A stretch of DNA of 12,184 nt from an uncultured Lachnospiraceae bacterium (GCA_947623905.1 CANQHX010000067.1:1-12184), one strand, 5' to 3'; shown: positions 1-7,367, counted from the stretch's first letter. Notes: generated by a model from the sequence alone, not told the origin. Program-made: numbers and translations.

Positions 1-2430
1 CAGCTGCCGGGTCACCTTCAGCAGATCTTCTTCCCGGATAAATTCATTTTTGCAGATAAGACGGCTGCACATGCGCACAAGGAGTTTGGGCGCGAGATGC
101 TCCCATCCGTACGTCAGGATATACGAAAAGGCTTCCTCGTACCTTCCCAGGTGCAGCAGCAGCTCCACGCAGTCGTGCAGCCGGGGAGCGGGCATTCTGG
201 AAATATCCCCGAAATCCAGGCACCAGTTGACGCCTTCCATGTCATAGGTGCGGTAAAAATAATCCATCACCTGCTGCCATACATACAGCCTGTAATTTAC
301 TGACAGCACCGGATGCTTGTAAAGGGTTTCCAGTTCCTGCTGCCACGGCACCAGCCTGCCCTCCATGAGATCCCGGCACCGCTGCAGCACCACGGCAGGG
401 TGATCGGGACAAAGGCCGGCGCAGTGCTTCCAGAGTTTATCTCTCTCAAACCACCTGGGCAGCTTTTCCGGTTCGGCCAGACCGGAACGGCTGCCCTTCC
501 GGTCCTTCAGAAATACGCAGCAGTTTTCGGAATACAGCGGCACCATGGCTTCCCCGTGATGTACCTGCCAGATGCTCTCGTCCCGCAGGGCGCTGTCCCG
601 CACCACCACGGACTTGTACTCCTCCGGCAGATGCTCCAGCCGTCTGGCGCAGAGGAAATCCAGCACATGGGACGCGTTCTGCGCCGTCACCATGGAATCA
701 TCCAGCATATGCCGGTACAGATCCGCCATATAGCAGTCCATCCTGCCCCGGTCCAGCTGGTACCGGACAAATTCCCGCATGTCCTCCTTATAGTCGTCGT
801 AGAGATTGTTGTATTGATCCTTGTATTTTAACAGATTTGCAAATATAAAGGCTTTTTTCCTGTGATGGAGATCCTGGTTGTACCGGAAATACATCATCAC
901 CTCCGAGGGGATAGGTTTGTCCATGTCCTCGGCCAGAGAATACAAGTAAAAGTCGTACAGTCTGGTAATGTGCAGATTTTTTGCCACGCCCTCCGCGTAC
1001 CAGGGAAAATATTTTTCTCCCGTCTTGTTGCCCTTGATCAGCAGCACGCAGATGGCCTTCAGCACTTCCTTTTCCTGCCTCATGCCGTAGCAGCGCACCA
1101 GCAGCTCCACAAGCCGGGCGGAATAGTTTTTGTTCTGGGCCGCAAGCTCTGCCAGGCGGCGCATCATCTCCTCGCTGAACAGATCCTGCTTGCAGGCGAA
1201 GGTAAGCACCTGGAGATTGTAATCCGACAGCGTTGTGAGCAGCGCCGGATTCTGACGGTAGAGCATACACGCCTCGATGAGCAGCAAGGGAGAACAGACG
1301 CCCATGTGATACTGCTCCTCCATAAGATGCAGCTTTTCCTTGTAATCCATGAGAAGGCTCTGATCGGTCATCAGGAGCACCCACAGCAGTATCCTGCTCT
1401 TCGGGTGCCTCTGGTACAGGCTGCGCACCCGCTGGCACACCTGTTCCAGAAACGGCTTGGAGTTGCGCTTCATGGCGCTCAGATACAGATAATATCCGTA
1501 CAGCTCATCGTTTTTCTTCAGATCGTACTGGTTGTCCACAAAGGCGTCCAGGCTCCGGCCGGCTTCCTCCCGCTCCCCGCTGATGAGCAGCACATGGATC
1601 TGGAGCATGATGTACAGCTTCCGGTATTTACTGTGCTGCATAAGGCTGTCGATGAGCTCCAGGCTCTCCTTCGCCCATTGCTCCACCGGCATCTGCATGC
1701 CCCTGAACCTGAGGTACAGCCGGTACAATTGTATCTCCAGCTGCCGCTGCTGGCGGCGCGCATTGTTGGCGGCCGCGTGGCGGATGAACGTGTTGAGGTC
1801 TTCCTCCGGCTCCTCCTCCGGCACTTTGGGCTCGTACCCCGGCTGCATGGCCAGAAAAGCCTCCATGGCTTCCTCTGTCAGGCCGCGCTCCCCCACAAAG
1901 CCGTCAAACCACTGTCTGTGGATGGGCCGGTCATTGTCCAGTATATGCTGGAACGCCGGAGACGCGAAGATCTCAAAGGCTCTCTCCGGGTCCAGATTCG
2001 CAAGGGTGACAAAGCCGCCCACCGTGCGGATGGTCCCCATAGCCGTCGCCGCCATCTGATAATGCGCCGTCACCGCAAAGGGCAGATAATATTCGCCCAG
2101 ATCTGTGGACAGCACAAATTCACCCCGCACGGTATCGCCGGGAAGCATACCTGTACTGTCAAAGGTATAGTTCACCACCTGCGCCGGGCCGTCTATCTTT
2201 ATCTGTTCTGTTTTCATACGCCAGTGGGACGTGTAGATCCGCCCCCGTATGCGGGCGCCGTCCGTACCTGCCGCGCGGAATTCTCCGCTGATACGGCTGT
2301 CCGGCTCAAGGACCAGCACGATGCTCCGCTGGGAAAGCTGCACGGTATTCTCTCCCCGCACGTACCGTTCCTGTGCCATGGCTTCTATCTTTTCTCTCAA
2401 GATGAACCTCCGCAGACTTGCATTTTCCAT
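1..2430 (-). CDS. Large uncharacterised protein, more than 800 aa visible, C-terminus beyond the window start. It has an N-terminal beta-rich domain followed by a long alpha-helical, repeat-like region; possibly a DUF5717-type giant Firmicutes protein.
   Basis: The minus-strand frame is open from the ATG at 2430..2428 (MENASLRRFILREKIEAMAQERYVRGENTVQL...) with no stop down to position 1. It is absent from the ORF track only because it is incomplete. The listed plus-strand ORFs 313..831 and 862..2490 are its H/L/Q/R-rich antisense shadows. An alternative in-frame start at 2379..2377 (MAQERYV) has a purine-rich upstream region; the SD before 2430 is weak. Confidence 0.7.
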   Translation of the reverse strand, partial: MENASLRRFILREKIEAMAQERYVRGENTVQLSQRSIVLVLEPDSRISGEFRAAGTDGARIRGRIYTSHWRMKTEQIKIDGPAQVVNYTFDSTGMLPGDTVRGEFVLSTDLGEYYLPFAVTAHYQMAATAMGTIRTVGGFVTLANLDPERAFEIFASPAFQHILDNDRPIHRQWFDGFVGERGLTEEAMEAFLAMQPGYEPKVPEEEPEEDLNTFIRHAAANNARRQQRQLEIQLYRLYLRFRGMQMPVEQWAKESLELIDSLMQHSKYRKLYIMLQIHVLLISGEREEAGRSLDAFVDNQYDLKKNDELYGYYLYLSAMKRNSKPFLEQVCQRVRSLYQRHPKSRILLWVLLMTDQSLLMDYKEKLHLMEEQYHMGVCSPLLLIEACMLYRQNPALLTTLSDYNLQVLTFACKQDLFSEEMMRRLAELAAQNKNYSARLVELLVRCYGMRQEKEVLKAICVLLIKGNKTGEKYFPWYAEGVAKNLHITRLYDFYLYSLAEDMDKPIPSEVMMYFRYNQDLHHRKKAFIFANLLKYKDQYNNLYDDYKEDMREFVRYQLDRGRMDCYMADLYRHMLDDSMVTAQNASHVLDFLCARRLEHLPEEYKSVVVRDSALRDESIWQVHHGEAMVPLYSENCCVFLKDRKGSRSGLAEPEKLPRWFERDKLWKHCAGLCPDHPAVVLQRCRDLMEGRLVPWQQELETLYKHPVLSVNYRLYVWQQVMDYFYRTYDMEGVNWCLDFGDISRMPAPRLHDCVELLLHLGRYEEAFSYILTYGWEHLAPKLLVRMCSRLICKNEFIREEDLLKVTRQL

Positions 2431-2468
2431 GTCAGGATGTATAATGTGATACGGACAGAACCGATCGG

Positions 2469-2517
2469 TTTACACCCCATTATGCTTTAGTATATAACAT
2501 TTTTTGCCTTCTTGCAA
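2469..2517. promoter_or_regulatory. Divergent overlapping sigma-A-like promoters. Plus strand: TTTACA (2469-2474), 16 nt, TATATA (2491-2496), for the aminotransferase. Minus strand: TTGCAA (2512-2517), 17 nt, TATACT (complement of 2489-2494), for the large protein.
   Basis: Hexamers read directly from the sequence, with correct spacing relative to the divergent gene starts. Confidence 0.45.
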
Positions 2518-2634
2518 TGACCCAGTGGCGGGAATGTGCAGAAACACCGGCGGCAGGACCGTGCGGACGCCGTCCGCGGGCGCCTTTCGGGGCCGGTCCG
2601 CGCCTTTGCAGTTACAGGAAAGGATGACTTTGCC

Positions 2635-3744
2635 ATGAATACAGCCAAACCAGTCTTTCACGGGAGCGATCTGGAAAAAGTGGAAGCCGTCTACGGCATT
2701 CCCGCAAAGGATATCGTTCCCTTCGGGGGCAACGTGAATCCTCTGGGGCTCTCCCCCATGCTCCGGGAAAGCCTTATCGCGCATATCGACGACATTACCG
2801 GCTATCCCGACCGGGAATACACTGCCCTGCGGGAAGCCATCAGCGGCCATGTGGGCGCGCCGGCGGACCGCATCCTTGTGGGCAGCGGTGCCACGGAGCT
2901 CATCTCCCTGATCATGCAAACAAAGCGTCCCCGCCAGGCATGCATACTGGAACCTACCTACAGCGAGTACCGGCGGGAGATCCAGCTGGGAGGCGGTACC
3001 TGCTATGACTATCTCCTGGAGGAAGGGTTGGGATTTCTCCCGGACCCTGCCCGCCTGCTGGAGGACCTCGCGGCCCGCAAAGCGGACCTGCTCATAATGT
3101 GCAATCCGAACAATCCCACCTCCTCCTGCGCTGACAGGCAGAGGCTCTCTTCCATTCTGGAAGGCGCGCAGAAGCTGGGGATCCTTGTGTTTGTAGACGA
3201 GACGTATATCGAATTTACTCCCGACCCGGAAGCCCTCACCGCCGCGCCGCTCACAAACACCTACGCCAACCTGGTGGTTCTGGGAGGCGTGTCAAAGTTT
3301 TTTGCCGCTCCCGGCCTGCGGCTGGGCTACGGCATCTTCGGCGACCTGAAATGGCGGGAGGAGCTGAAGGACATGCAGAACCCGTGGAGCGTCCACACCC
3401 TGGCCGCCACCTGCGGCGGCGTCATGTTCCGGGACCGGGACTACATCCTCCGCTCCCGCTCTTATATCGCAAAAGAACGGGACCGCTGCTACGAGGCTGT
3501 AAAGGCCATTCCCGGCCTGCAGCCTGTCCCGCCCCGGGCCAATTTCATGCTGGTAAAGATCACCGACCCCCGCGTCACCAGCGGCAGGCTCTTCGAGGCG
3601 TGCATCTCCCGGGGCCTTATGATCCGGGACTGCTCCACCTTCCCTGCCCTGGGCGACCGGTACATCCGCTTCTGCTTCCTGAAAGAAGAAGACAACACGC
3701 GGCTGCTGGATACCCTGCGGGAAACCATGGAATCCGCCGTGTGA
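2635..3744 (+). CDS. PLP-dependent aminotransferase class I/II fold enzyme of the HisC/CobD family (histidinol-phosphate aminotransferase or L-threonine-O-3-phosphate decarboxylase type).
   Basis: 369 aa from the ATG at 2635, preceded by AGGAAAGGA (2616-2624). NPNNPTS motif and PLP-lysine context GGVSKFFAAPGLRLGYG; the KFFA.PGLRLGY form is closer to CobD than to HisC. The track start at GTG 2536 adds an Arg-rich 33-aa extension that is unlikely to be real. Confidence 0.8.
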   Translation: MNTAKPVFHGSDLEKVEAVYGIPAKDIVPFGGNVNPLGLSPMLRESLIAHIDDITGYPDREYTALREAISGHVGAPADRILVGSGATELISLIMQTKRPRQACILEPTYSEYRREIQLGGGTCYDYLLEEGLGFLPDPARLLEDLAARKADLLIMCNPNNPTSSCADRQRLSSILEGAQKLGILVFVDETYIEFTPDPEALTAAPLTNTYANLVVLGGVSKFFAAPGLRLGYGIFGDLKWREELKDMQNPWSVHTLAATCGGVMFRDRDYILRSRSYIAKERDRCYEAVKAIPGLQPVPPRANFMLVKITDPRVTSGRLFEACISRGLMIRDCSTFPALGDRYIRFCFLKEEDNTRLLDTLRETMESAV

Positions 3745-3756
3745 CCACTGTCTGCC

Positions 3757-3820
3757 GGCTCCGCAGCTCTTACAGCCTGCGGGCCGGCGACGGTTCGGTC
3801 ACGCGGCTGTTTTTTTCTCT
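3757..3820 (+). terminator. Probable intrinsic terminator after the aminotransferase gene: an imperfect GC-rich hairpin (GCCGGCTCCGCAG...CTGCGGGCCGGC) followed by a T-run (CTGTTTTTTTCTC).
   Basis: Inverted repeat and a run of 7 T read directly from the sequence. Confidence 0.5.
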
Positions 3821-3852
3821 ATCATTTTTTAAAATATTCTTATGAATATTAT

Positions 3853-3880
3853 TGACATTCAAGTGAATGTATAATAGAAT
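3853..3880 (+). promoter_or_regulatory. Sigma-A-like promoter: TTGACA (3853-3858), 16 nt, TAGAAT (3875-3880), upstream of the DUF1836-like gene.
   Basis: Perfect -35 hexamer with a 5/6 -10. It is flanked by two copies of AAAAT..TCTTATGAAT (3838-3847 and 3898-3907) and the palindrome AATATTC-ttat-GAATATT (3833-3850). Confidence 0.5.
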
Positions 3881-3951
3881 GTTACCAACCCAGAAAATCT
3901 TATGAATTCAATATTTGGGTGGTGAAATGATCCATCAAGGAGGTGCACCCC

Positions 3952-4515
3952 ATGGATGTTACATTTCCCGGCACCGTGATCCCCCGCCGGGGGAAAACCG
4001 CCGATGAATTTCTTGCCGGTCTGTTTTTTGCCACAAAGGGCATCATGCTTGTGCAGGTGCGTGAGATCACCGGCCTGGACACTCCCGTCCTCCAGAACTG
4101 GGTAAACCGGGGCTGGGTGTCCAAACCGGTAGAAAAACGGTATTCCGCTGACCAGCTGGCGCGGATCATGCTCATCAACATGCTGCGCCCCGTGACAAAA
4201 CTGGAACACATTGCCCGTATCCTCTCCTATATCAATGGCGCCACGGAGGACAGGGCTGACGACATCATTCCGGAAGCCACATTGTACATATATATATGTA
4301 ATATTCTCGATGAAGTGGATTTCGAGACAGTTCTCGATAAAGAGAAGGTGGGTTCCATCGTCCGGCAGCAGATCGGCAGCTACAAAGAGCCCTTTCCCGG
4401 CGCCCGGGAAAAACTGATCTCCGGCATCCGGCTGATCCTGACCTACTACGCCTCGGCCGTCATCAAGGTCCGGGCGGACCGGCGGCTGACGGAAATGGGA
4501 CTGGCGGAGGAGTGA
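3952..4515 (+). CDS. DUF1836-like small protein with a putative MerR-like helix-turn-helix (about 187 aa).
   Basis: AAGGAGG (3937-3943) lies 8 nt before the ATG at 3952. The segment REITGLDTPVLQNWVNRGWVSKPVEKRYSADQLARIMLINMLRP matches the conserved core recalled for DUF1836 proteins of Firmicutes. The family assignment is from memory and not searched. Confidence 0.6.
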   Translation: MDVTFPGTVIPRRGKTADEFLAGLFFATKGIMLVQVREITGLDTPVLQNWVNRGWVSKPVEKRYSADQLARIMLINMLRPVTKLEHIARILSYINGATEDRADDIIPEATLYIYICNILDEVDFETVLDKEKVGSIVRQQIGSYKEPFPGAREKLISGIRLILTYYASAVIKVRADRRLTEMGLAEE

Positions 4516-4619
4516 CGTCCGGCCCATGCTGCGGGAACAGACAGCAGGCGCATGACAAATGACACATTGTTCCCTGCCCCGGGCAGCCGGGATGGGGTAT
4601 CGAAAAAGGAGGCTTTCAT

Positions 4620-5237
4620 ATGGTTGAATGGTGGCACAGCTTATCTCTCGCCAGTCAGGTGTTTGCCACTGTGGCCATTCCCGCCACGGTCATCATGCTG
4701 ATCCAGGCGGTTCTGGCCCTGCTGGGCATAGGACTGGACATTGATATGGACGGCGACGGTATGCCCGATGCCGATCTGGACCATGACGGGCTGGGACTCA
4801 TCTCCATCCGTGGTATCGTGGCATTTTTCTCCGTGGGCGGATGGGCCGGCTTCGCTGCGGACACAGGAGGACTGCCCATAGCCATCTCCATTCTTCTCTC
4901 CCTTACAGCGGGACTGCTGGCGCTGATCGCCATCGCTCTGCTGTTCCGGAGCTTTTACAAATTGCAGGCGGAGGGAAATCTGAGCATTGAAAATGCCGTG
5001 GGCAAGACCGGCAGGGTGTACCTGCCCATCCCGCCCAGGGGACACGGGCAGGGCAAGGTCAACGTCCTGCTCCAGGACCGCCTCACGGAACTGGACGCCG
5101 TCAACGGCGGGGACGCCCCTCTGGCAACAGGAGAGCCCGTGGAGATCCTCTCCGTGGCCGATTCCCAGACTGTTATCGTGCGCGGCATACAAAAAGAAGA
5201 AAAAACAAATAAAGGAGGTATTTCTAAATGGAATTAG
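4620..5237 (+). CDS. NfeD-family membrane protein (short YuaF-like form): N-terminal transmembrane helices plus a C-terminal OB-fold, the partner of the downstream flotillin.
   Basis: AAAGGAGG (4605-4612) lies 7 nt before the ATG. Hydrophobic N-terminal helices are followed by the C-terminal pattern GKTGRVYLPIPPRGHGQGKVNV...GEPVEILSV. The 3' end overlaps the flotillin start by 10 nt, indicating an operon. Confidence 0.8.
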   Translation: MVEWWHSLSLASQVFATVAIPATVIMLIQAVLALLGIGLDIDMDGDGMPDADLDHDGLGLISIRGIVAFFSVGGWAGFAADTGGLPIAISILLSLTAGLLALIAIALLFRSFYKLQAEGNLSIENAVGKTGRVYLPIPPRGHGQGKVNVLLQDRLTELDAVNGGDAPLATGEPVEILSVADSQTVIVRGIQKEEKTNKGGISKWN

Positions 5238-6625
5238 GACTCACAATATTGATCACAGTAGTGGCTCTTCTGCTCTTTACCACCCTTGTGGTGATCCTCA
5301 CCCGCTACCGGAAATGCCCGTCGGATAAGATCCTGGTGATCTACGGCAAGATCGGCCACAACAAGGACGGCACCGCCCGCAGCGCCAAGTGCGTTCACGG
5401 CGGCGCGGCATTCATCGTGCCGGTGCTCCAGTCCTATGAGTATCTGGACCTGACTCCTATTTCTATCTCCGTGGATCTGAAGAACGCTCTGTCCAAGCAG
5501 AATATCCGTATCGACGTGCCCTCCCGGTTTACCGTTGGCATCTCCGTAGAGAACGGCGTCATGCAGAACGCCGCCGAGCGCCTGCTGGGACTGAAGCTGT
5601 CCGAGATCCAGGAGCTGGCAAAGGATATCATCTTCGGCCAGCTGCGTCTTGTCATCGCTACCATGGACATTGAGGAGATCAACACCGACCGTGACAAATT
5701 CCTCACTGCCGTGTCCAACAACGTGGAGAGCGAGCTGAAAAAGATCGGTCTGCGCCTCATCAACGTGAACGTGACGGATATTACCGATGAGTCTGGATAC
5801 ATTGCCGCCCTGGGCAAAGAGGCCGCCGCAAAGGCCATCAACGACGCCAAGATCTCCGTGGCAGAAGCGGACCGGGCCGGCGACATCGGTGAGGCCAACG
5901 CCAAACGGGAGCAGCGCATCCAGGTGTCCCTGGCAGATTCGGAGGCCATTAAGGGTGAAAACGAAGCGAAAGCCCAGGTAGCCGAATCCAACGCTACTTT
6001 AAGCGAAAAGCAGGCTGAGGCACGGCGCCGCTCCACCGCAGCCGAAAAAGTACAGACGGCAAAGGCCCTGCAGGAGTCCTACAAGGCGGAGCAGGAAGCC
6101 GAGCTTGCCCGTTCCGTGAGGGAGAAGGCGACCCTTGAGGCAGATGTGATCGTCAAGGCAGAGATTGAAAAACGGCAGAGAGAACTCCAGGCGGAGGCGG
6201 AAGCCGAGCAGATCCGACGCCGGGCAAAGGGCGAAGCCGACGCCATCTACGCAAAGATGGAAGCAGAAGCCCGTGGCATGCAGGAGATCCTCATGAAACA
6301 GGCCGAAGGCTTCGAAAAGATCGTGGCGGCCGCCGGAGGAAACGCCTCCGACGCCATGCGGCTGATGATCGCCGACAAGCTGGAGGATCTCATCAAGGTA
6401 CAGGTGGAAGCCGTAAAGAATCTGAAGATCGACAAGGTAACCGTATGGGACAGCATGGGCGGCAAGGACGGCGCGCCTACCACCGCCAACTTCCTGTCCG
6501 GTATGCTGAAATCCATCCCGCCCCTCAATGAAGTGTTCGACATGGCCGGCCTGGACCTGCCCGAATTCCTGGGCAAAAAACAGACGGCAGATGAGACGGC
6601 GGAAGCCGTTCCCGTTGCGGAATAA
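5228..6625 (+). CDS. floT: Flotillin-like SPFH/band-7 protein of FloT/YuaG type, with an N-terminal membrane anchor, an SPFH domain and a long E/A-rich coiled-coil.
   Basis: 465 aa, RBS AAAGGAGG at 5209-5216. N-terminal TM MELGLTILITVVALLLFTTLVVIL, then an SPFH core, then an extended AEAEAEQ coiled-coil region and a typical flotillin C-terminus. Confidence 0.88.
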   Translation: MELGLTILITVVALLLFTTLVVILTRYRKCPSDKILVIYGKIGHNKDGTARSAKCVHGGAAFIVPVLQSYEYLDLTPISISVDLKNALSKQNIRIDVPSRFTVGISVENGVMQNAAERLLGLKLSEIQELAKDIIFGQLRLVIATMDIEEINTDRDKFLTAVSNNVESELKKIGLRLINVNVTDITDESGYIAALGKEAAAKAINDAKISVAEADRAGDIGEANAKREQRIQVSLADSEAIKGENEAKAQVAESNATLSEKQAEARRRSTAAEKVQTAKALQESYKAEQEAELARSVREKATLEADVIVKAEIEKRQRELQAEAEAEQIRRRAKGEADAIYAKMEAEARGMQEILMKQAEGFEKIVAAAGGNASDAMRLMIADKLEDLIKVQVEAVKNLKIDKVTVWDSMGGKDGAPTTANFLSGMLKSIPPLNEVFDMAGLDLPEFLGKKQTADETAEAVPVAE

Positions 6626-6644
6626 ACCATACATTGTCTTGCAG

Positions 6645-6671
6645 AAAAAGCCGCCCCACGGGCGGCTTTTT
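6645..6671. terminator. Bidirectional intrinsic terminator AAAAAGCCGCCCCACGGGCGGCTTTTT, shared by convergent floT (+) and hicB (-).
   Basis: Perfect 7-bp GC stem GCCGCCC/GGGCGGC flanked by an A-run and a T-run. Confidence 0.8.
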
Positions 6672-6689
6672 CCAGGAAGATCTGACAGG

Positions 6690-7097
6690 TTACAGAATGG
6701 TATTGTTGAAAATATGCTCCAAGCCTTCCTGCAAAACCTGGGAACAGTTAACGCCGCGTTTTTCGGCAAGAGCTGCCATCCAAGCCGGAAGGGAAACATT
6801 TTTTCTCACAGCTCTGTTATCGGTTGCCGCACGGTAAGCAAGTGTATCAATACGAATAACAGAACAGATCGCGTTTTGCGGAATGTCCAACTCGTTTTGT
6901 GGGGTTGCTTTTGGAATTTCATTCCCTTCATCTTCCGCAACGACAAGCCAGCCGCTTGCGGCATCAATGATCATCTCGATGGCATCGTTTAATGTGTCTC
7001 CAGTGGTAATGCAGCCAGGAAGATCGGGAACACGGCAATAATATTTTGTTTGATTTTCGTTTGGAACAATAATTGCAGTATAAATATATCTCATCAT
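6690..7097 (-). CDS. hicB: HicB-family type II antitoxin-like protein: RNase-H-like HicB N-domain plus a C-terminal ribbon-helix-helix-like DNA-binding tail.
   Basis: 135 aa. The N-terminus MMRYIYTAIIVPNENQTKYYCRVPDLPGCITTGDTLNDAIEMIIDAASGWL is the hallmark HicB motif (PDLPGC..G.T.EEA). The C-terminus is NVSLPAWMAALAEKRGVNCSQVLQEGLEHI. RBS AAAGGAGATA precedes ATGATG. No hicA ORF is found on either side. Confidence 0.8.
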   Translation of the reverse strand: MMRYIYTAIIVPNENQTKYYCRVPDLPGCITTGDTLNDAIEMIIDAASGWLVVAEDEGNEIPKATPQNELDIPQNAICSVIRIDTLAYRAATDNRAVRKNVSLPAWMAALAEKRGVNCSQVLQEGLEHIFNNTIL

Positions 7098-7111
7098 TAT
7101 CTCCTTTTTGT

Positions 7112-7162
7112 ATTATACGCAAAATTACACAAAAATCAATAGTTTATACACAATTTTACACA
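7112..7162 (-). promoter_or_regulatory. hicB promoter on the minus strand: TTGATT (complement of 7134-7139), 16 nt, TATAAT (complement of 7112-7117). Three direct TTACAC/TATACAC/TTTACAC repeats (7125-7162) overlap it and are operator-like.
   Basis: Hexamers and repeats read directly from the sequence, in the AT-rich 7098-7310 region. Confidence 0.5.
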
Positions 7163-7261
7163 TTCTGGTTGTACCGTCCGGGAGTATCCATGAAATGACA
7201 TAGTGATATGAAATGGTTTTTTATGAGACGCACGATAAATGAATTTAAGTATCTAAAAAGA

Positions 7262-7290
7262 AAATGCTTTTATCTGGAGCATTTCTTTTA
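7262..7290 (-). terminator. Intrinsic terminator for the DegV-family gene: stem AAATGCT/AGCATTT with a U-rich tail on both strands.
   Basis: On the minus strand, GAAATGCTCCAGATAAAAGCATTTTCTTTTT lies immediately downstream of the degV-family stop at 7368. Confidence 0.6.
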
Positions 7291-7367
7291 TTGAAACCGT
7301 ATTTGGAATAATGAACAGCTTTGCGCTGAGAAAACTTATCGCTGATAAGCAGCCATTACAGGCGCGG

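Noticed and set aside
313-2490. Plus-strand ORFs 313..831 (172 aa) and 862..2490 (542 aa), and the minus-strand ORF 788..1438
   Set aside because: Their composition is extremely H/L/Q/R- or G/A/P/R-rich and low in complexity, typical of the wrong frame of a GC-rich gene. A clean, ordinary-composition minus-strand frame (1-2430) covers the same DNA, with a good promoter upstream.
2536-2634. GTG start at 2536 for the aminotransferase (a 33-aa extension)
   Set aside because: The extension is Arg-rich and unlike aminotransferase N-termini. A strong SD (AGGAAAGGA) precedes the in-frame ATG at 2635.
2500-2634. Calling a cobalamin riboswitch upstream of the CobD-like gene
   Set aside because: The B12-box-like match (CCCGCCACTGG) is on the opposite strand and upstream of the minus-strand promoter. 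The plus-strand leader lacks a convincing B12 box or GGUG..AAUCC core, so it is kept only as a hypothesis to test.
3351-3845. ORF 3351..3845 (164 aa, +) and the minus-strand ORFs 3009..3260 and 3489..3728
   Set aside because: These are alternative or antisense frames inside the well-supported aminotransferase CDS, with Pro/Arg/Gly-rich junk composition.
3859-4527. Minus-strand ORF 3859..4527 (222 aa) and nested ORFs
   Set aside because: Antisense to the DUF1836-like gene, which has a consensus promoter and RBS. Composition is atypical.
4641-6799. Minus-strand ORFs 4641..5192, 5434..6036, 5999..6799 and 6247..6630
   Set aside because: Antisense shadows of nfeD and floT, with Ser/Ala/Arg-rich low-complexity sequence.
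7098-7367. Search for a hicA toxin gene adjacent to hicB
   Set aside because: Hand translation of both strands gives only ORFs of up to 28 aa (for example 7209-7295 MKWFFMRRTINEFKYLKRKCFYLEHFFY) with no HicA-like dsRBD motif or RBS.
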